Source: Meiothermus sp.
Lineage (GTDB): Bacteria; Deinococcota; Deinococci; Deinococcales; Thermaceae
Assembly (NCBI GenBank): GCA_033762915.1
Contig: JANRLD010000054.1
Span: 35,708-99,707 of the forward strand
Direction: 5' to 3'
Length of the DNA: 64,000 nt
The notes beneath the pieces were generated by a model, which did no database searches, was not told the origin of the DNA, and was given only the letters and a program-made list of their open reading frames with translations. The position numbers were made by a program, and so were the translations under genes. The first letter of the stretch is position 1. Each line of letters begins with the position of its first letter. Positions 9,491 through 19,652 of the stretch are shown here, piece by piece.

Positions 9491-10692
9491 GCCCGAACCT
9501 CGAACTCGACCACCAGCCGGTTGAAGCCCCGCGCGTCGCCGTTGAGCTTGCGTACCGGCGGCTCGGCCTCGGACAGGCGGAACTCGGGGATGCGGCCCAA
9601 GAACTCGCGGATGGCCACACGCATGTCCAGGCGGGCCAGGCTCGAGCCGATGCAGGCGTGCGGGCCGATCCCGAAGGCCAGGTGGGCGTTGGGCCTGCGG
9701 TCGAGCACACACTCGTCGGCCCGGGGGAAGGCACGGGGGTCGCGGTTGGCACTGCCGTACATCATGGCCACGCTCTCGCCCTTGCAGATGGTCTGCCCGT
9801 GCAACTCCACATCCTTGGTCGCCACCCGCCCCAGCAGCTGAATCGGCGAGAGATAACGCAGGAATTCCTCCACCGCGTCGTTCATCAGCCCCGGCTCGGA
9901 GACCAGCCGGGCCCGGGCCGCCGGATTCTGGGCCAGGTACCACAGGCTGTTGCCGATCGCGTCGATCACCGCCTCACGGCCGGCCAGCAGGATGATCCGC
10001 CCGTACCCCACGAGCTCGGCCTCGCTCAAGGGCTGGCCGTTCACCTCCAGGGTCGCCAGGTGCGAGAAGAGATCGTCTCGCGGGTTCTCCTTGCGGTCAG
10101 CCATCTGGGCGCGGATGTAGTCGGCCAGCTCCCTCTGTCCGCGCTTTGCGCCCTCAGGGTCCTTGGCGCGGTTGGCGAAGACCGCGTTGGCCCAGGCCTC
10201 GATGCGCTCGATGTCCTCGAGGGGGAACTTGAGGAACAGGCCCAGCGACCGGGCCAGCAGCGGGGTGGCGTACTCGCTGACCAGGTCGCAGCTGCCGCGG
10301 CCCGAGAATTTCTCGATCAGCTCCCCGGCCGCGCGGGTCATCTCCGGCTCGAGCTTGTTGACCTCGGCGCGCAGGAAGTGTTTGAGCACCATGTTGCGGT
10401 ACTCGGTGTGCTTGGGCGGGTCGGTCTCGATGGGGATGCCGGGGATGTTGTCCGAGGGGGTGGTGTGGGGGATGGCGATGCGGCCGGCGAAGGCGGAGCT
10501 GAAGGTCTGCCAGTCGAACAGGGCCCGCTTGACGTCCTCGTAGCGCGAGAGCAGCCAGAAGCCCCCGTGGGACTCAGAGTAGGCCAGGGGCTTTTCATCC
10601 CTCAGCTCCTCGTAGACCGAGTAGGGGTCTGCGACCCACTCGGCCGTGTGGTGGTTAAACGCCACCTTCGTCTTGCCCTCTTCGTTGCCCAC
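9487..10692 (-). CDS. cytochrome P450
   Basis: HLAFGIGPHACIG heme-thiolate motif, EEFLR (ExxR), I-helix AGREAV. Confidence 0.97.
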   Translation of the reverse strand: MGNEEGKTKVAFNHHTAEWVADPYSVYEELRDEKPLAYSESHGGFWLLSRYEDVKRALFDWQTFSSAFAGRIAIPHTTPSDNIPGIPIETDPPKHTEYRNMVLKHFLRAEVNKLEPEMTRAAGELIEKFSGRGSCDLVSEYATPLLARSLGLFLKFPLEDIERIEAWANAVFANRAKDPEGAKRGQRELADYIRAQMADRKENPRDDLFSHLATLEVNGQPLSEAELVGYGRIILLAGREAVIDAIGNSLWYLAQNPAARARLVSEPGLMNDAVEEFLRYLSPIQLLGRVATKDVELHGQTICKGESVAMMYGSANRDPRAFPRADECVLDRRPNAHLAFGIGPHACIGSSLARLDMRVAIREFLGRIPEFRLSEAEPPVRKLNGDARGFNRLVVEFEVRA

Positions 10693-10718
10693 GCTGGCCC
10701 CCTCGAGCTTTGGCTGTA

Positions 10719-10766
10719 TTGACAGGAACTGTGACCTAGCATAATGTTATGACAAATCGCAGTCAA
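10719..10766. promoter_or_regulatory. overlapping divergent sigma70-type promoters with GntR-type operator
   Basis: Plus strand: TTGACA(10719)-N17-TAATGT(10742). Minus strand: TTGACT(10766-10761)-N17-TATGCT(10743-10738). Near-palindrome TGTTATGACA at 10745-10754. Confidence 0.7.
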
Positions 10767-10791
10767 GCTCTTTACCGTCGGCGGAGGCCCT

Positions 10792-11535
10792 GTGTCCATT
10801 GATCGGCACGCTCACGTACCCTTGTACGCTCAGCTCGAATCGATTCTGCGTCGTCAGATCGGCGAGGGGCGGCTCAAGCCCGGCGACATCGTGCCGACCG
10901 AGAGTGAGCTGGGCCGGCACTATAAGGTCAGCCGCATCACCGTGCGGGCCGCCCTGGAAAGCCTGACCAAGGACGGGCTGCTCGAGCGCCAGCCCGGCCG
11001 GGGCACCTTCGTGCGGGCCTCAGAGGTCGAGCCCTGGAGCTGCCTTACTTCCTTCACCGAGCAGATGCTGCGCCAGGGGCGCACGCCGCGCACCAAGATG
11101 CTCAAGCTGCGGGTCGTCCGGCCCGGGCCGGACGTGGCCGGGGCGCTGCGCCTGGGCTCCGGCGAGGAGGCGGTGATCGTCGAGCGGCTGCGGCTGGTGG
11201 ACGAGCAGCCCGCAGCGCTGATGCGGGCCTACATCCCGCGCCGCTTCGTCCGTGGGATTTCGCGGCGCGACTTCGCCTCCACCGGGCGCGAGCAGTCCAT
11301 CCTCTATGTGCTCGAGCGGCGCTTCAACCTGGCCATATCCGAGGGCGAGGAGACCACCGCACCGGTCTGCCTGACCCAGCCCGACGCGGGCCTGCTGGGG
11401 CTGCAAGAGGGCAGCCCGGTGGTCTACAAGTCCTGCGTCATCCACAACAGCCAGGGCGAGCCGGTGCTGCTCGAGCGGGCCTACTGGTGCACCCCGCAGG
11501 TCGAACAGGTGCGCCGGGCCGGGGCGGGCGACTGA
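10792..11535 (+). CDS. GntR family transcriptional regulator, HutC/UTRA subfamily
   Basis: PLYAQL...PTESEL...VSRITVRAAL...GRGTFV wHTH; C-terminal UTRA-like domain (SFTEQM, ERLR). Confidence 0.95.
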   Translation: MSIDRHAHVPLYAQLESILRRQIGEGRLKPGDIVPTESELGRHYKVSRITVRAALESLTKDGLLERQPGRGTFVRASEVEPWSCLTSFTEQMLRQGRTPRTKMLKLRVVRPGPDVAGALRLGSGEEAVIVERLRLVDEQPAALMRAYIPRRFVRGISRRDFASTGREQSILYVLERRFNLAISEGEETTAPVCLTQPDAGLLGLQEGSPVVYKSCVIHNSQGEPVLLERAYWCTPQVEQVRRAGAGD

Positions 11536-11542
11536 GGATGCC

Positions 11543-12976
11543 ATGACGCAGCCCCGCCCCAAGGTGGCCTACGTGGCCGCACACCTACCGAGCTACTACG
11601 CCCTCGAGCACGACGTATTCGGGCGCTCGAGGCGGGGTCTCGAGGGGCTGGCGGCCGAGTTGGACTTCGAGCTGCTGCCAGTGCCCGAGCCCGTGGTGGG
11701 CGCCGAGGACGCGCGGCGGGCGCGGCGGGCGCTCGAGGCCGCCGGGGCAGACCTGGTGCTACTCCAGAGCAGCACCTTCGCGATGGGCGACGTGGTGACG
11801 CAGTTCGCCGGGGCGGACTTCCGCCTGGGCCTCTGGGCGGTCGAAGAGCCGACCCACGACGGCCCGGTGCTGCTGAACAATTTTGTCTCGCTCAACCTCA
11901 ATGCCGGGATTTTGCGGCACTACTTTCGCACCCAGCCGCAGCCCTACAAGTGGTTCTTTGGCCTTCCGGGTCATCCCTGGTTCGCGCCACGCCTGCGGGT
12001 CACGGTGGCGGCGTTGCGGGCGCTGAGGCTGCTGCGGGATTCCCGGATCGCGCTGGTGGGCGGCGTCGCGCCGACCTTCTACAACTTCGTCAACGACCCC
12101 CGGAAGCTCGCGGCGCGGCTGGGCACCAGGGTAGAGGAGCTCGAGCTCGACGAAGTGTTCCGCCGAATGCCCAAGGACTCGGGGCGTCTGCGCGGGGCGA
12201 TGGACGCGATGGCGGGGCACGCCCGGGGCCGGGTGGAGATCTCCGCGGCCGACTTTGAGACCACAGCGGCAGTCTACCTGGCTTTGCAGGACCTGGCCCG
12301 CGAGGGCTACGCCGCACTCGCCGTGAGCGACTGGCCCCGCTTCCAAACCGAGCTGGGCATCCATCCCGGCATGGCCTTCTCCTGGCTCGACGAGTCCGAC
12401 GGGGTTCCGGTAGCCTCGGAGGGCGACGTGCTGGGCGCGGTGACGATGCTGATGCTGCGTGCGGTAAGCCAGCAGGGGGCGCTGCTGCTCGACTTCACCG
12501 ACCTCGACCTCGAGCGGGGGGCCGCCCTGGCCTGGCACTGCGGGGGCAGCCCCCTGGGCCTCGCGGACGAGGAGGGCGTGACCTGGAAGAACCACTCCAC
12601 GCTGGGCCGCAAGGCCGAAGGCGCGGTACCGAGGGGCGCGGTCGCGGACTTTCGCTTTCGCCCCGGGGCGGTCACGCTGGCACGGGTCAGCGGGGACACC
12701 GAGCGGCTATTTTTTGCCGAAGCCGAGGCCTTCGAGGGCGTTAGCCGGGGCTTCGAGGGCAGCCGGGGCTGGCTGCGGGACTTCCGAATCAACCATCGAC
12801 CCGCCGCCCTTGCCGACCTGGTCAACACCATCATGGCCGGCGGGATCGAGCACCACTTCGGCCTGGTCGCGGGCCGGCACGCCGACGCCCTGGCCGAGGT
12901 CGCGGCCTGGAGTGGGCTGAAGCCGGTAGACCCGGCCCCCTACCGCGACTTCTTGGCGCCACTGGAGTTTGAATGA
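11543..12976 (+). CDS. L-fucose/L-arabinose isomerase family protein
   Basis: VASEGDVLGA, WHCG, VTLAR, GIEHHFGL motifs. Confidence 0.8.
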   Translation: MTQPRPKVAYVAAHLPSYYALEHDVFGRSRRGLEGLAAELDFELLPVPEPVVGAEDARRARRALEAAGADLVLLQSSTFAMGDVVTQFAGADFRLGLWAVEEPTHDGPVLLNNFVSLNLNAGILRHYFRTQPQPYKWFFGLPGHPWFAPRLRVTVAALRALRLLRDSRIALVGGVAPTFYNFVNDPRKLAARLGTRVEELELDEVFRRMPKDSGRLRGAMDAMAGHARGRVEISAADFETTAAVYLALQDLAREGYAALAVSDWPRFQTELGIHPGMAFSWLDESDGVPVASEGDVLGAVTMLMLRAVSQQGALLLDFTDLDLERGAALAWHCGGSPLGLADEEGVTWKNHSTLGRKAEGAVPRGAVADFRFRPGAVTLARVSGDTERLFFAEAEAFEGVSRGFEGSRGWLRDFRINHRPAALADLVNTIMAGGIEHHFGLVAGRHADALAEVAAWSGLKPVDPAPYRDFLAPLEFE

Positions 12977-14049
12977 CTGAACTGAGCATCACCAACCTGA
13001 TCAAGCGCTTCGACGACAGCGTGGCCGTAGACGACGTGTCGCTGACCGTAGCGCCGGGCCGCCTGGTCGCGCTGCTGGGGCCGTCGGGCTGCGGCAAGAC
13101 CACCACCCTGCGCATGATCGCGGGCCTCACCGCGCCCACCGAGGGGGACATCCGGTTCGGCGGGCAGTCGGTGCTGCACCTTCCGCCGGAGAAGCGCAAC
13201 ATCGGGATGGTCTTCCAGCGCTACGTGCTGTTTCCGCACATGAACGTGGCCCAGAACGTGGGGTTCGGGCTGTTCGTGCGGGGCACTCCCCGAGAGGAGA
13301 CCCGGCGGCGGGTAGCGGAGATGCTCGAGGTTGTCCAGCTGGCCCACCTCGAGAAGCGCTTCCCCAGCCAGCTCTCCGGCGGGCAGATGCAGCGCGTGGC
13401 CATCGCCCGCACGCTGGTGACCAATCCACAGATCCTGCTGATGGACGAGCCCCTCTCCAACCTCGACGCCAAGCTGCGCGAGGAGATGCGCACCTTCATC
13501 AAGGAACTGCAGCGGCGGCTCCAGATCACCACCGTCTTCGTCACCCACGACCAGGTGGAGGCGATGGAGCTTGCCGACGAGGTGGGGGTGATGTTCGGGG
13601 GGCGGCTGGTGCAGTTCGGCCCCCCCGAGCAGGTCTTCAACCGGCCCACCAACCCCAGGGTAGCCGACTTCATGGGGGCCACCAACCTGATCGAGGGTCA
13701 GGTGGCCTCCAAGAGTGGCGACGCCTCGCTGCTGAGGACGCCCATCGGCGAGGTGCAGATTCTTCAGCCGACCCAGCACGCCGTCGGGGCGCAGGTCACC
13801 GCGACCATCCGGCCGGAGCACATCGACCTCCTCGACCCCGCCACGCCGCCCGCCGGCCCCAACTTGCTGCGCGGGACGATCGGGCAGACCGTGTACTTCG
13901 GCGGGGTACTGAGTTACCAGGTTCAGGTCGGCGGCCAGAGCTTCAAGGTGCTGGAGCGCTCGACCCGACTCTTCCATCAAGGGCAGGAGGTGATAGTGCG
14001 TCTGAACCCGCAGTCCCTTTGGGTTTTTCCTGAGCGAACCGTTCAGTAG
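12973..14049 (+). CDS. ABC transporter ATP-binding protein (PotA-like, TOBE domain)
   Basis: GPSGCGKTT, LSGGQMQR, LLMDEPLSNLD, VTHDQ. Confidence 0.95.
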   Translation: MTELSITNLIKRFDDSVAVDDVSLTVAPGRLVALLGPSGCGKTTTLRMIAGLTAPTEGDIRFGGQSVLHLPPEKRNIGMVFQRYVLFPHMNVAQNVGFGLFVRGTPREETRRRVAEMLEVVQLAHLEKRFPSQLSGGQMQRVAIARTLVTNPQILLMDEPLSNLDAKLREEMRTFIKELQRRLQITTVFVTHDQVEAMELADEVGVMFGGRLVQFGPPEQVFNRPTNPRVADFMGATNLIEGQVASKSGDASLLRTPIGEVQILQPTQHAVGAQVTATIRPEHIDLLDPATPPAGPNLLRGTIGQTVYFGGVLSYQVQVGGQSFKVLERSTRLFHQGQEVIVRLNPQSLWVFPERTVQ

Positions 14050-14061
14050 CAAAGAAGAGGA

Positions 14062-15441
14062 GTGTCTGGTATGAGAAGAGCACTTTGGACGATGGTGGCA
14101 GGGCTGGTGCTGGCGTCAGGGCTGGGGGTGGCCCAGCAGGCTCGAGGCGACGCCGACGCCGAGAAGTTTCGCGCCGACTTTCTGGCCGGCAGGCTGACCT
14201 GGAACGACGTGCTGGCCCAGGCGCGCAAGGAGGGTCAGGTCAACTGGTTCCACTGGGGCGGCTCCAACAGCCTTAACACCTGGATCGACCAGGTGGTGAA
14301 GCCGGAGATGGCCAAGGTCGGGGTGAACCTGCGCACCACCCGCATCACCGACACCAAGAACGCAGTGGATCTGGTGGTGGCCGACAACGCGGCGGGCAAG
14401 GGCTTGGGCCGGGGCACGGTGGACTTAATCTGGATCAACGGCGAGAACTTCTACACCCTCTCCACCCAGAATCTGCTGTTCGGCGGCTTCGCTGACAAGC
14501 TGCCCAACTCCAAGAACTTCTTCTTCGACCCCCGCGACCCCCGCTCGCGCCTCAACCTGACCGACTTCGGCCACCCCACCGGACTGGCCGAGATCCCCTG
14601 GTCAGGCGACCAGTACATCTGCCACGTGGACACCGCCCGCCTGCGCGCCGCCGACGCGCCGCAGACCGTGGCCCAGCTCGAGGCGTGGCTGCGGCGCAGC
14701 CCGGGGCGCTTCACCTACGTCAAGCCGCCGCACTTCAACGGCAATACCTTCCTCAACCAGATCATGTACGCCACCAACCCAGACGGCCACGAGCCCTTCC
14801 AGAAGCGGGCCAACCAACTGGGGGTGGAGAACTTCATCAAGGCCACCAAGTCCGGCTACGAGTTCCTCAAGCGCATCGAGCCGTTCCTGCTGGGCGGCGG
14901 TGGGCGCGAGGGTGTGCGCGGCAACCCCATCTACCCGGTGGACCAGAACGCGCTCCAGACCCTGTTGGTCAACGGCCAGGTAGACATGGCCTGCCGCTTT
15001 GGCAAGTACCACGCCGCCGTGGAGATCCAGCAGGGCCGCCTGCCGCGCACGGTGCAAAACGTCATCTTCCCCCGGGAAGGCATGATTTCCAACAAGAACT
15101 ACGTGGTCATACCCTCCAACTCCCCCAGCCCCGCCGCCGCACTGGTGCTGGCCAATGTGCTGGCCAGCGTGGAGAACCAGGTCTCCAAGCTCCAGCAAAT
15201 CGGCTACGTGATGGGGATTGACTCCGGCCGCCTCACCGCCGCCGAGCGCGAGATGGCTGCCAAGGCCGCCCCGCCGCTGCCCGGCCCGACGCTGGAGCAG
15301 CTCAACGACAACGCCGTGCCCGACACCAACGCCTCGCTGGTCACGGTGATCGAGGGGGTCTGGCTGGAGTACATCGAGCGCCAGTCCAACAAGCCCCTCG
15401 AGCAGATCATCCGCGAGGTCTGGGCCGCCCGCATCAAGTAA
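14062..15441 (+). CDS. ABC transporter substrate-binding protein (YnjB-like)
   Basis: Signal peptide; WNDVLAQAR..VNWFHWGG, VDLIWINGENF, PGRFTYVKPPHFNGNTFL; start may be ATG 14071. Confidence 0.85.
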   Translation: MSGMRRALWTMVAGLVLASGLGVAQQARGDADAEKFRADFLAGRLTWNDVLAQARKEGQVNWFHWGGSNSLNTWIDQVVKPEMAKVGVNLRTTRITDTKNAVDLVVADNAAGKGLGRGTVDLIWINGENFYTLSTQNLLFGGFADKLPNSKNFFFDPRDPRSRLNLTDFGHPTGLAEIPWSGDQYICHVDTARLRAADAPQTVAQLEAWLRRSPGRFTYVKPPHFNGNTFLNQIMYATNPDGHEPFQKRANQLGVENFIKATKSGYEFLKRIEPFLLGGGGREGVRGNPIYPVDQNALQTLLVNGQVDMACRFGKYHAAVEIQQGRLPRTVQNVIFPREGMISNKNYVVIPSNSPSPAAALVLANVLASVENQVSKLQQIGYVMGIDSGRLTAAEREMAAKAAPPLPGPTLEQLNDNAVPDTNASLVTVIEGVWLEYIERQSNKPLEQIIREVWAARIK

Positions 15442-15455
15442 GCCGGTTCCGTCCC

Positions 15456-15491
15456 GCCCCGGCTCTCCCCCACTGACGGGAGGGCCGGGGC
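15456..15491 (+). terminator. intercistronic stem-loop after the substrate-binding protein gene
   Basis: GCCCCGGCTCTCCC(15456-15469) pairs with GGGAGGGCCGGGGC(15478-15491); no U-tract, so probably an mRNA-stabilising or attenuating hairpin. Confidence 0.55.
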
Positions 15492-15591
15492 AGGGGTGGT
15501 ACTCACCCCACCGCCCCCTCGCCGGCCCGCTGGGCTCCACCGCAGCGCGGCCCGACTCGAGACCAGATTCGCAGTACCCAAACCACCCCCT

Positions 15592-16515
15592 ATGGCAGCC
15601 CCCGACCAAACCATCGCAAAACCCGCCGTGCCCCGCCGATCCTGGGCCGGCCGGCTGCGCATCCTGGCCATGCTGGCCCCGGCCTCGCTGGTGCTGGTCG
15701 TGCTCTACGTGGGCTCGCTGATCTACGCGGTCTTGCAGAGCTTCGGCTACGCCCCCATCTACCAAATCAACGAGTTCCCCACCACCCGCTACTACCAGGA
15801 GATGTTCACCACCCCCGGCTTCTGGCGCTCGGTCTGGTACACCTTCTACTACGCGCTGGTGCCCACCGTGGTGGGGCTGATCCTGAGCATCTACCTTGCC
15901 CTGACCCTTCGCAAGCGCTTCCCCGCCAAGGGCCTGTTCCAGTACGTCTACAAGCTGCCGCTGATGATCCCATACCTGGTTGGCATTTCGCTGACCATCC
16001 TGCTCTTTTCAAACGGCGGCATCATCGCCCGCTCCCTGCATGCGGTGGGCCTGCTGGACAACCCCAGCCAGTTCCCCCGCCTCCTCTACGACCACAGCGG
16101 CGTCGGGATCATGATCGTGTACATCTGGAAGCAGGTGCCCTTCATGACCCTGATCCTCTACTCGGTGCTGCTGGGCCTGGGGCCAGAGAGCGAGGAGGCC
16201 TCGGCCACGCTGGGGGCCAACCGCTGGCAGACCTTCTGGCACGTGACCCTGCCGCAGATCATGCCCGCCATCATCACCGGAACCGCCATCATCTTCGCCT
16301 TCAACTTCGGCTCTTTCGAGACCCCGTACATCCTCGGTGGGGGCTTTCCCAACACTCTGCCGGTGGAGGCCTGGCGGGCCTTCGACGACGCGGACTACTC
16401 CAGACGTCTGTACGGCATGGCGGTGGTGACCTTCCTCTCGCTGGTGTCGGGGGTGCTCCTGTACCTCTACATCTATTGGTACCGCCGCTTCGAGCGGCAG
16501 CGGGGGCGCTCATGA
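15592..16515 (+). CDS. ABC transporter permease
   Basis: Multiple TM helices, EEASATLGANRWQTFWHVTLP EAA motif; start uncertain (15496/15592/15670). Confidence 0.92.
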   Translation: MAAPDQTIAKPAVPRRSWAGRLRILAMLAPASLVLVVLYVGSLIYAVLQSFGYAPIYQINEFPTTRYYQEMFTTPGFWRSVWYTFYYALVPTVVGLILSIYLALTLRKRFPAKGLFQYVYKLPLMIPYLVGISLTILLFSNGGIIARSLHAVGLLDNPSQFPRLLYDHSGVGIMIVYIWKQVPFMTLILYSVLLGLGPESEEASATLGANRWQTFWHVTLPQIMPAIITGTAIIFAFNFGSFETPYILGGGFPNTLPVEAWRAFDDADYSRRLYGMAVVTFLSLVSGVLLYLYIYWYRRFERQRGRS

Positions 16516-17408
16516 GCCAGACGCCGTTAGCAAAGCCGGCCGAGTCCGGCAAGCCGCGCCGCCTGTTCAGCGCCGAGGGCCTCTCGCCCTTCCAGCGCTT
16601 CTACCTAATCTTCGTGGCGGTCGCGGTGCTCGGCCCCATCATCCCCACCTTGATTGCGTCCTTCGCGTTCCGCTGGGCCTGGCCCGACCTGCTGCCCACC
16701 GAGTGGTGGATCGACGCCCGCCAGACCGCCACCACCCCCCTGGGCTGGGACTATGTGTTCTCGCCCTTCTCGAGGCTCTACGAGGCCACCCTTAACACCC
16801 TGCTGATTGGCGGGCTGGTCACGCTGGTCTGTGTGGCGATCAGCCTCCCGGCGGCACGGGTGCTGGCCCGGGAGCGCTTCCGGGGCAAGAGCGGAGTTGA
16901 GTTCTTCCTGCTCACCCCGCTGATTGTGCCCGACGTGGCGGTGGGGCTGGGCATCCTGCTGATCTTCATCCAACTCGGGCTGGCAGGCAGCTACACCGGC
17001 ATCATCCTGGCGCACCTGATCCCCACCGTCCCCTATGCCATCCGGGTGCTAACCTCGGTCTTCCAGGGCCTCTCTACCGACTTCGAGGAGCAGGCCAGGG
17101 TGCTGGGGGCCGGCCCGCTCAAGACGCTGTGGTACGTGACCCTGCCGATGATCTTCCCCGGCATCGTGGCGGCGGGACTGTTCGTGTTCCTGGTCTCGAC
17201 CAACATCTTCCTGCTGACCTTCTTCGTCGGGAGAGGGCAGGTCGAGACCCTGCCGACGCTGCTGTTCACCCGCATCAGCTCGGGCGGGGTGCTGGACCCC
17301 ATCTCGGCGGGCATCACCCTGATCACCATGATCCCCGGCATCGTGCTGCTGCTGATCACCGAGCGGTTCATCCGCGACGAGGTGTTCGCCAAAGGGTTCG
17401 GTGGTTGA
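16512..17408 (+). CDS. ABC transporter permease
   Basis: EEQARVLGAGPLKTLWYVTLP EAA motif; ATGA overlap with the previous gene. Confidence 0.92.
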   Translation: MSQTPLAKPAESGKPRRLFSAEGLSPFQRFYLIFVAVAVLGPIIPTLIASFAFRWAWPDLLPTEWWIDARQTATTPLGWDYVFSPFSRLYEATLNTLLIGGLVTLVCVAISLPAARVLARERFRGKSGVEFFLLTPLIVPDVAVGLGILLIFIQLGLAGSYTGIILAHLIPTVPYAIRVLTSVFQGLSTDFEEQARVLGAGPLKTLWYVTLPMIFPGIVAAGLFVFLVSTNIFLLTFFVGRGQVETLPTLLFTRISSGGVLDPISAGITLITMIPGIVLLLITERFIRDEVFAKGFGG

Positions 17409-18500
17409 GTGGGTGCTAGCGGCCTATATGAGCGAGTTCACGGCGGCCTGCTGGGCATGGCGGTGGGCGACGCGCTGGGCGGCCCCGTCGAGGGGTTGAG
17501 CTTTGAGCAGATTCGAGCGCAGCACGGGCGGGTGGACCGGATGCTGCCCTACCAGAAGCCGCCGAGCGAGCACGCACAGTTCGCCAACGACCCCGGCAGC
17601 TACACCGACGACACCCGGCTTGCCCTGATCTACTGCGAGGCAATCCTTCGGGCCGAGGGCAGCCCCGCGCGGGGCGACCTGGCCAGGGTCTTGTCGGACT
17701 ACCACCACACCCACACACTCGAACTCGAGCGCTCGTTTATCGAGGAGTACTACCTGAAGGGGCTCTACGGCGGGCGCAAACTGATCTACGGCGGCCAAGC
17801 GACCAACGGGGCGCTGATGGCGATCGCGCCAGTCGGGCTGCTCCACCCCGCCGACCCCAAGTCGGCCTTCGCGCTGGCCTATGAGCTGTCCTTCGTCACC
17901 GACGGCTACGCCAAGGAGTCGGCGGCAATGGCAGCAGCCGCGGTGGCCGAGGCGATGCGGCCGGGGGCGGACGCCGAGCAGGTGGTGCAGGTCAGCCTCG
18001 AGACCGCCGCCTGGTTCCGCCGCGAGGGCCTGCTTTGGCCCAAGACGGTGCGCGAGCGCGAGTGGGCGCGGTTCGAGGGGCGGCCCAACGAGGTGCTGAT
18101 CGGGATTGCGCTCGAGGCCGCCCGGGCGACCGAGGACGTGTTCGCCCTGCCCGAGCTGCTTTACCCCCGACTGCTGGTCAGCCCGGTGGGCTCCGAGGCG
18201 GGCCAGACCCTGGCGGTGGCCTTCGCCATGTTGATCGCCTCGAGGGGTGACTTCCGCCTCGCCGTGCAGGGGGCGGTTAACTACGGGCGCGACTGCGACT
18301 CCTACGCCGCCGTGGCTGGGGCCGTCGCGGGCGCCATGCACGGAGCCCAGGCCATCCCGGGCGAGTGGGGCGGGGCGGTGCTCGAGGCCAACCCGACCCC
18401 CGACCTGCGCCAGGTGTCTGCCGACCTCTGCGCGGTGGTCGTGCGGCAGCACCTCGAACGCCAGGCAACGGTCCACGCCGTCCAACAGCTTCTGCCCTGA
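17409..18500 (+). CDS. ADP-ribosylglycohydrolase family protein
   Basis: GMAVGDALGGPVEG, YTDDT, NGALM, NYGRDCDS metal-binding motifs. Confidence 0.92.
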   Translation: MGASGLYERVHGGLLGMAVGDALGGPVEGLSFEQIRAQHGRVDRMLPYQKPPSEHAQFANDPGSYTDDTRLALIYCEAILRAEGSPARGDLARVLSDYHHTHTLELERSFIEEYYLKGLYGGRKLIYGGQATNGALMAIAPVGLLHPADPKSAFALAYELSFVTDGYAKESAAMAAAAVAEAMRPGADAEQVVQVSLETAAWFRREGLLWPKTVREREWARFEGRPNEVLIGIALEAARATEDVFALPELLYPRLLVSPVGSEAGQTLAVAFAMLIASRGDFRLAVQGAVNYGRDCDSYAAVAGAVAGAMHGAQAIPGEWGGAVLEANPTPDLRQVSADLCAVVVRQHLERQATVHAVQQLLP

Positions 18501-18511
18501 GGAGACCCCCC

Positions 18512-19648
18512 ATGCCCAACTCCCGCAACGACCCCGCCTACGCCGCCGCCCTCGCCCGCTTCCCCAAGCTCTCGCCCGAACTCTTGGAGCAGCGCCTCGC
18601 GCTCCCAGAGGGGCGGGTGCGGGTGGTGTTGGACACCGACGCCAAGAACGAGATCGACGACCAGCCCACCATCGCCTGGGCGCTGCTCTCGCAGGATGTG
18701 CTCGAGATCGAGGGCATGTACGCGGTGCCCTTCTCCTTCGGGCTGTGGCAGGAGAGCTTCGAGCGGGCCGGCGAGATCAAGCGCAGCCTCTCGCAGCCCA
18801 AGGGGGCCGACGCGGCGCTGGTCAACACCTTCGCGGGCTGGCTCGAGAAGCAGGAGAAGGAAGGCCCCGACGCGCTCGACCCGCTCTTTAATCCACCTGG
18901 GGTGGGGATGGAGCGCAGCTACCAGGAGATCGTGACCATCTACCAAAAGATGGGCTTCAACCCCGAGGGCCAGGTCTTCCGGGGATCAGAGCGCTTCCTC
19001 CCCTCTATATCCGAACCCGTGGACAGCCCGGCGGCCCGCCACCTGATCGAGCGGGCGATGGCCCCTTCCGACCGGCCGCTCTACGTGCTGGCGATTGGGG
19101 CGCTGACCAACGTGGCCTCGGCGCTGCTGATGGAGCCGCGCATCGCTGAGCGAATCGTGGTGGTGTGGACGGCCAGCTACCCCTCGGTCTCCAAGCGCAC
19201 CACCCACTCGCTCAACCTCGAGCAGGACATGATCGCCTCGCAGCTCTTGTTCGACTGCGGGGTACCGCTGGTCTACCTGCCGGGCTACCAGGTGGGCGCA
19301 CAGCTCAAGATTTCCCAGCCCGAAATGGAGCTGTGGGTCAAGGGCCGGGGCGAGATCGGCGACTACCTCTACGAGCTCTACATGAACAACCCCCTGCACG
19401 GCCACCGCACCCACGCCGACTTTTTCGGGCGCACCTGGATCATGTGGGACCTCATCACCGTGGCCTGGCTGATCGACCACCAGTGGGTACCCTCCGACCT
19501 GATGCCCTCGCCCATCCTCACCGACGACCGCTACTACCAAGACGCCGGGCCGGGCCGCCACCTAATGCGCGAGGCCTACGCCATAAACCGCGACGCCATC
19601 TTCCGCGACCTCTTGGGTAAGCTGGACGCAGCGGCGAGGGGGGACTGA
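18512..19648 (+). CDS. nucleoside hydrolase (IU-NH) family protein
   Basis: VLDTDAKNEIDD, AIGALTNVA, NLEQD, IMWDL; GGAG RBS before ATG 18512. Confidence 0.88.
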   Translation: MPNSRNDPAYAAALARFPKLSPELLEQRLALPEGRVRVVLDTDAKNEIDDQPTIAWALLSQDVLEIEGMYAVPFSFGLWQESFERAGEIKRSLSQPKGADAALVNTFAGWLEKQEKEGPDALDPLFNPPGVGMERSYQEIVTIYQKMGFNPEGQVFRGSERFLPSISEPVDSPAARHLIERAMAPSDRPLYVLAIGALTNVASALLMEPRIAERIVVVWTASYPSVSKRTTHSLNLEQDMIASQLLFDCGVPLVYLPGYQVGAQLKISQPEMELWVKGRGEIGDYLYELYMNNPLHGHRTHADFFGRTWIMWDLITVAWLIDHQWVPSDLMPSPILTDDRYYQDAGPGRHLMREAYAINRDAIFRDLLGKLDAAARGD

Positions 19649-19652
19649 GGCC

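Noticed and set aside
7380..9943. Extended N-termini of ORF-track calls 7380-9077 and 8654-9943 (also 18365, 21282, 23046, 25545, 50354)
   Set aside because: The extensions overlap upstream genes; true starts were reassigned to coupled or SD-supported codons
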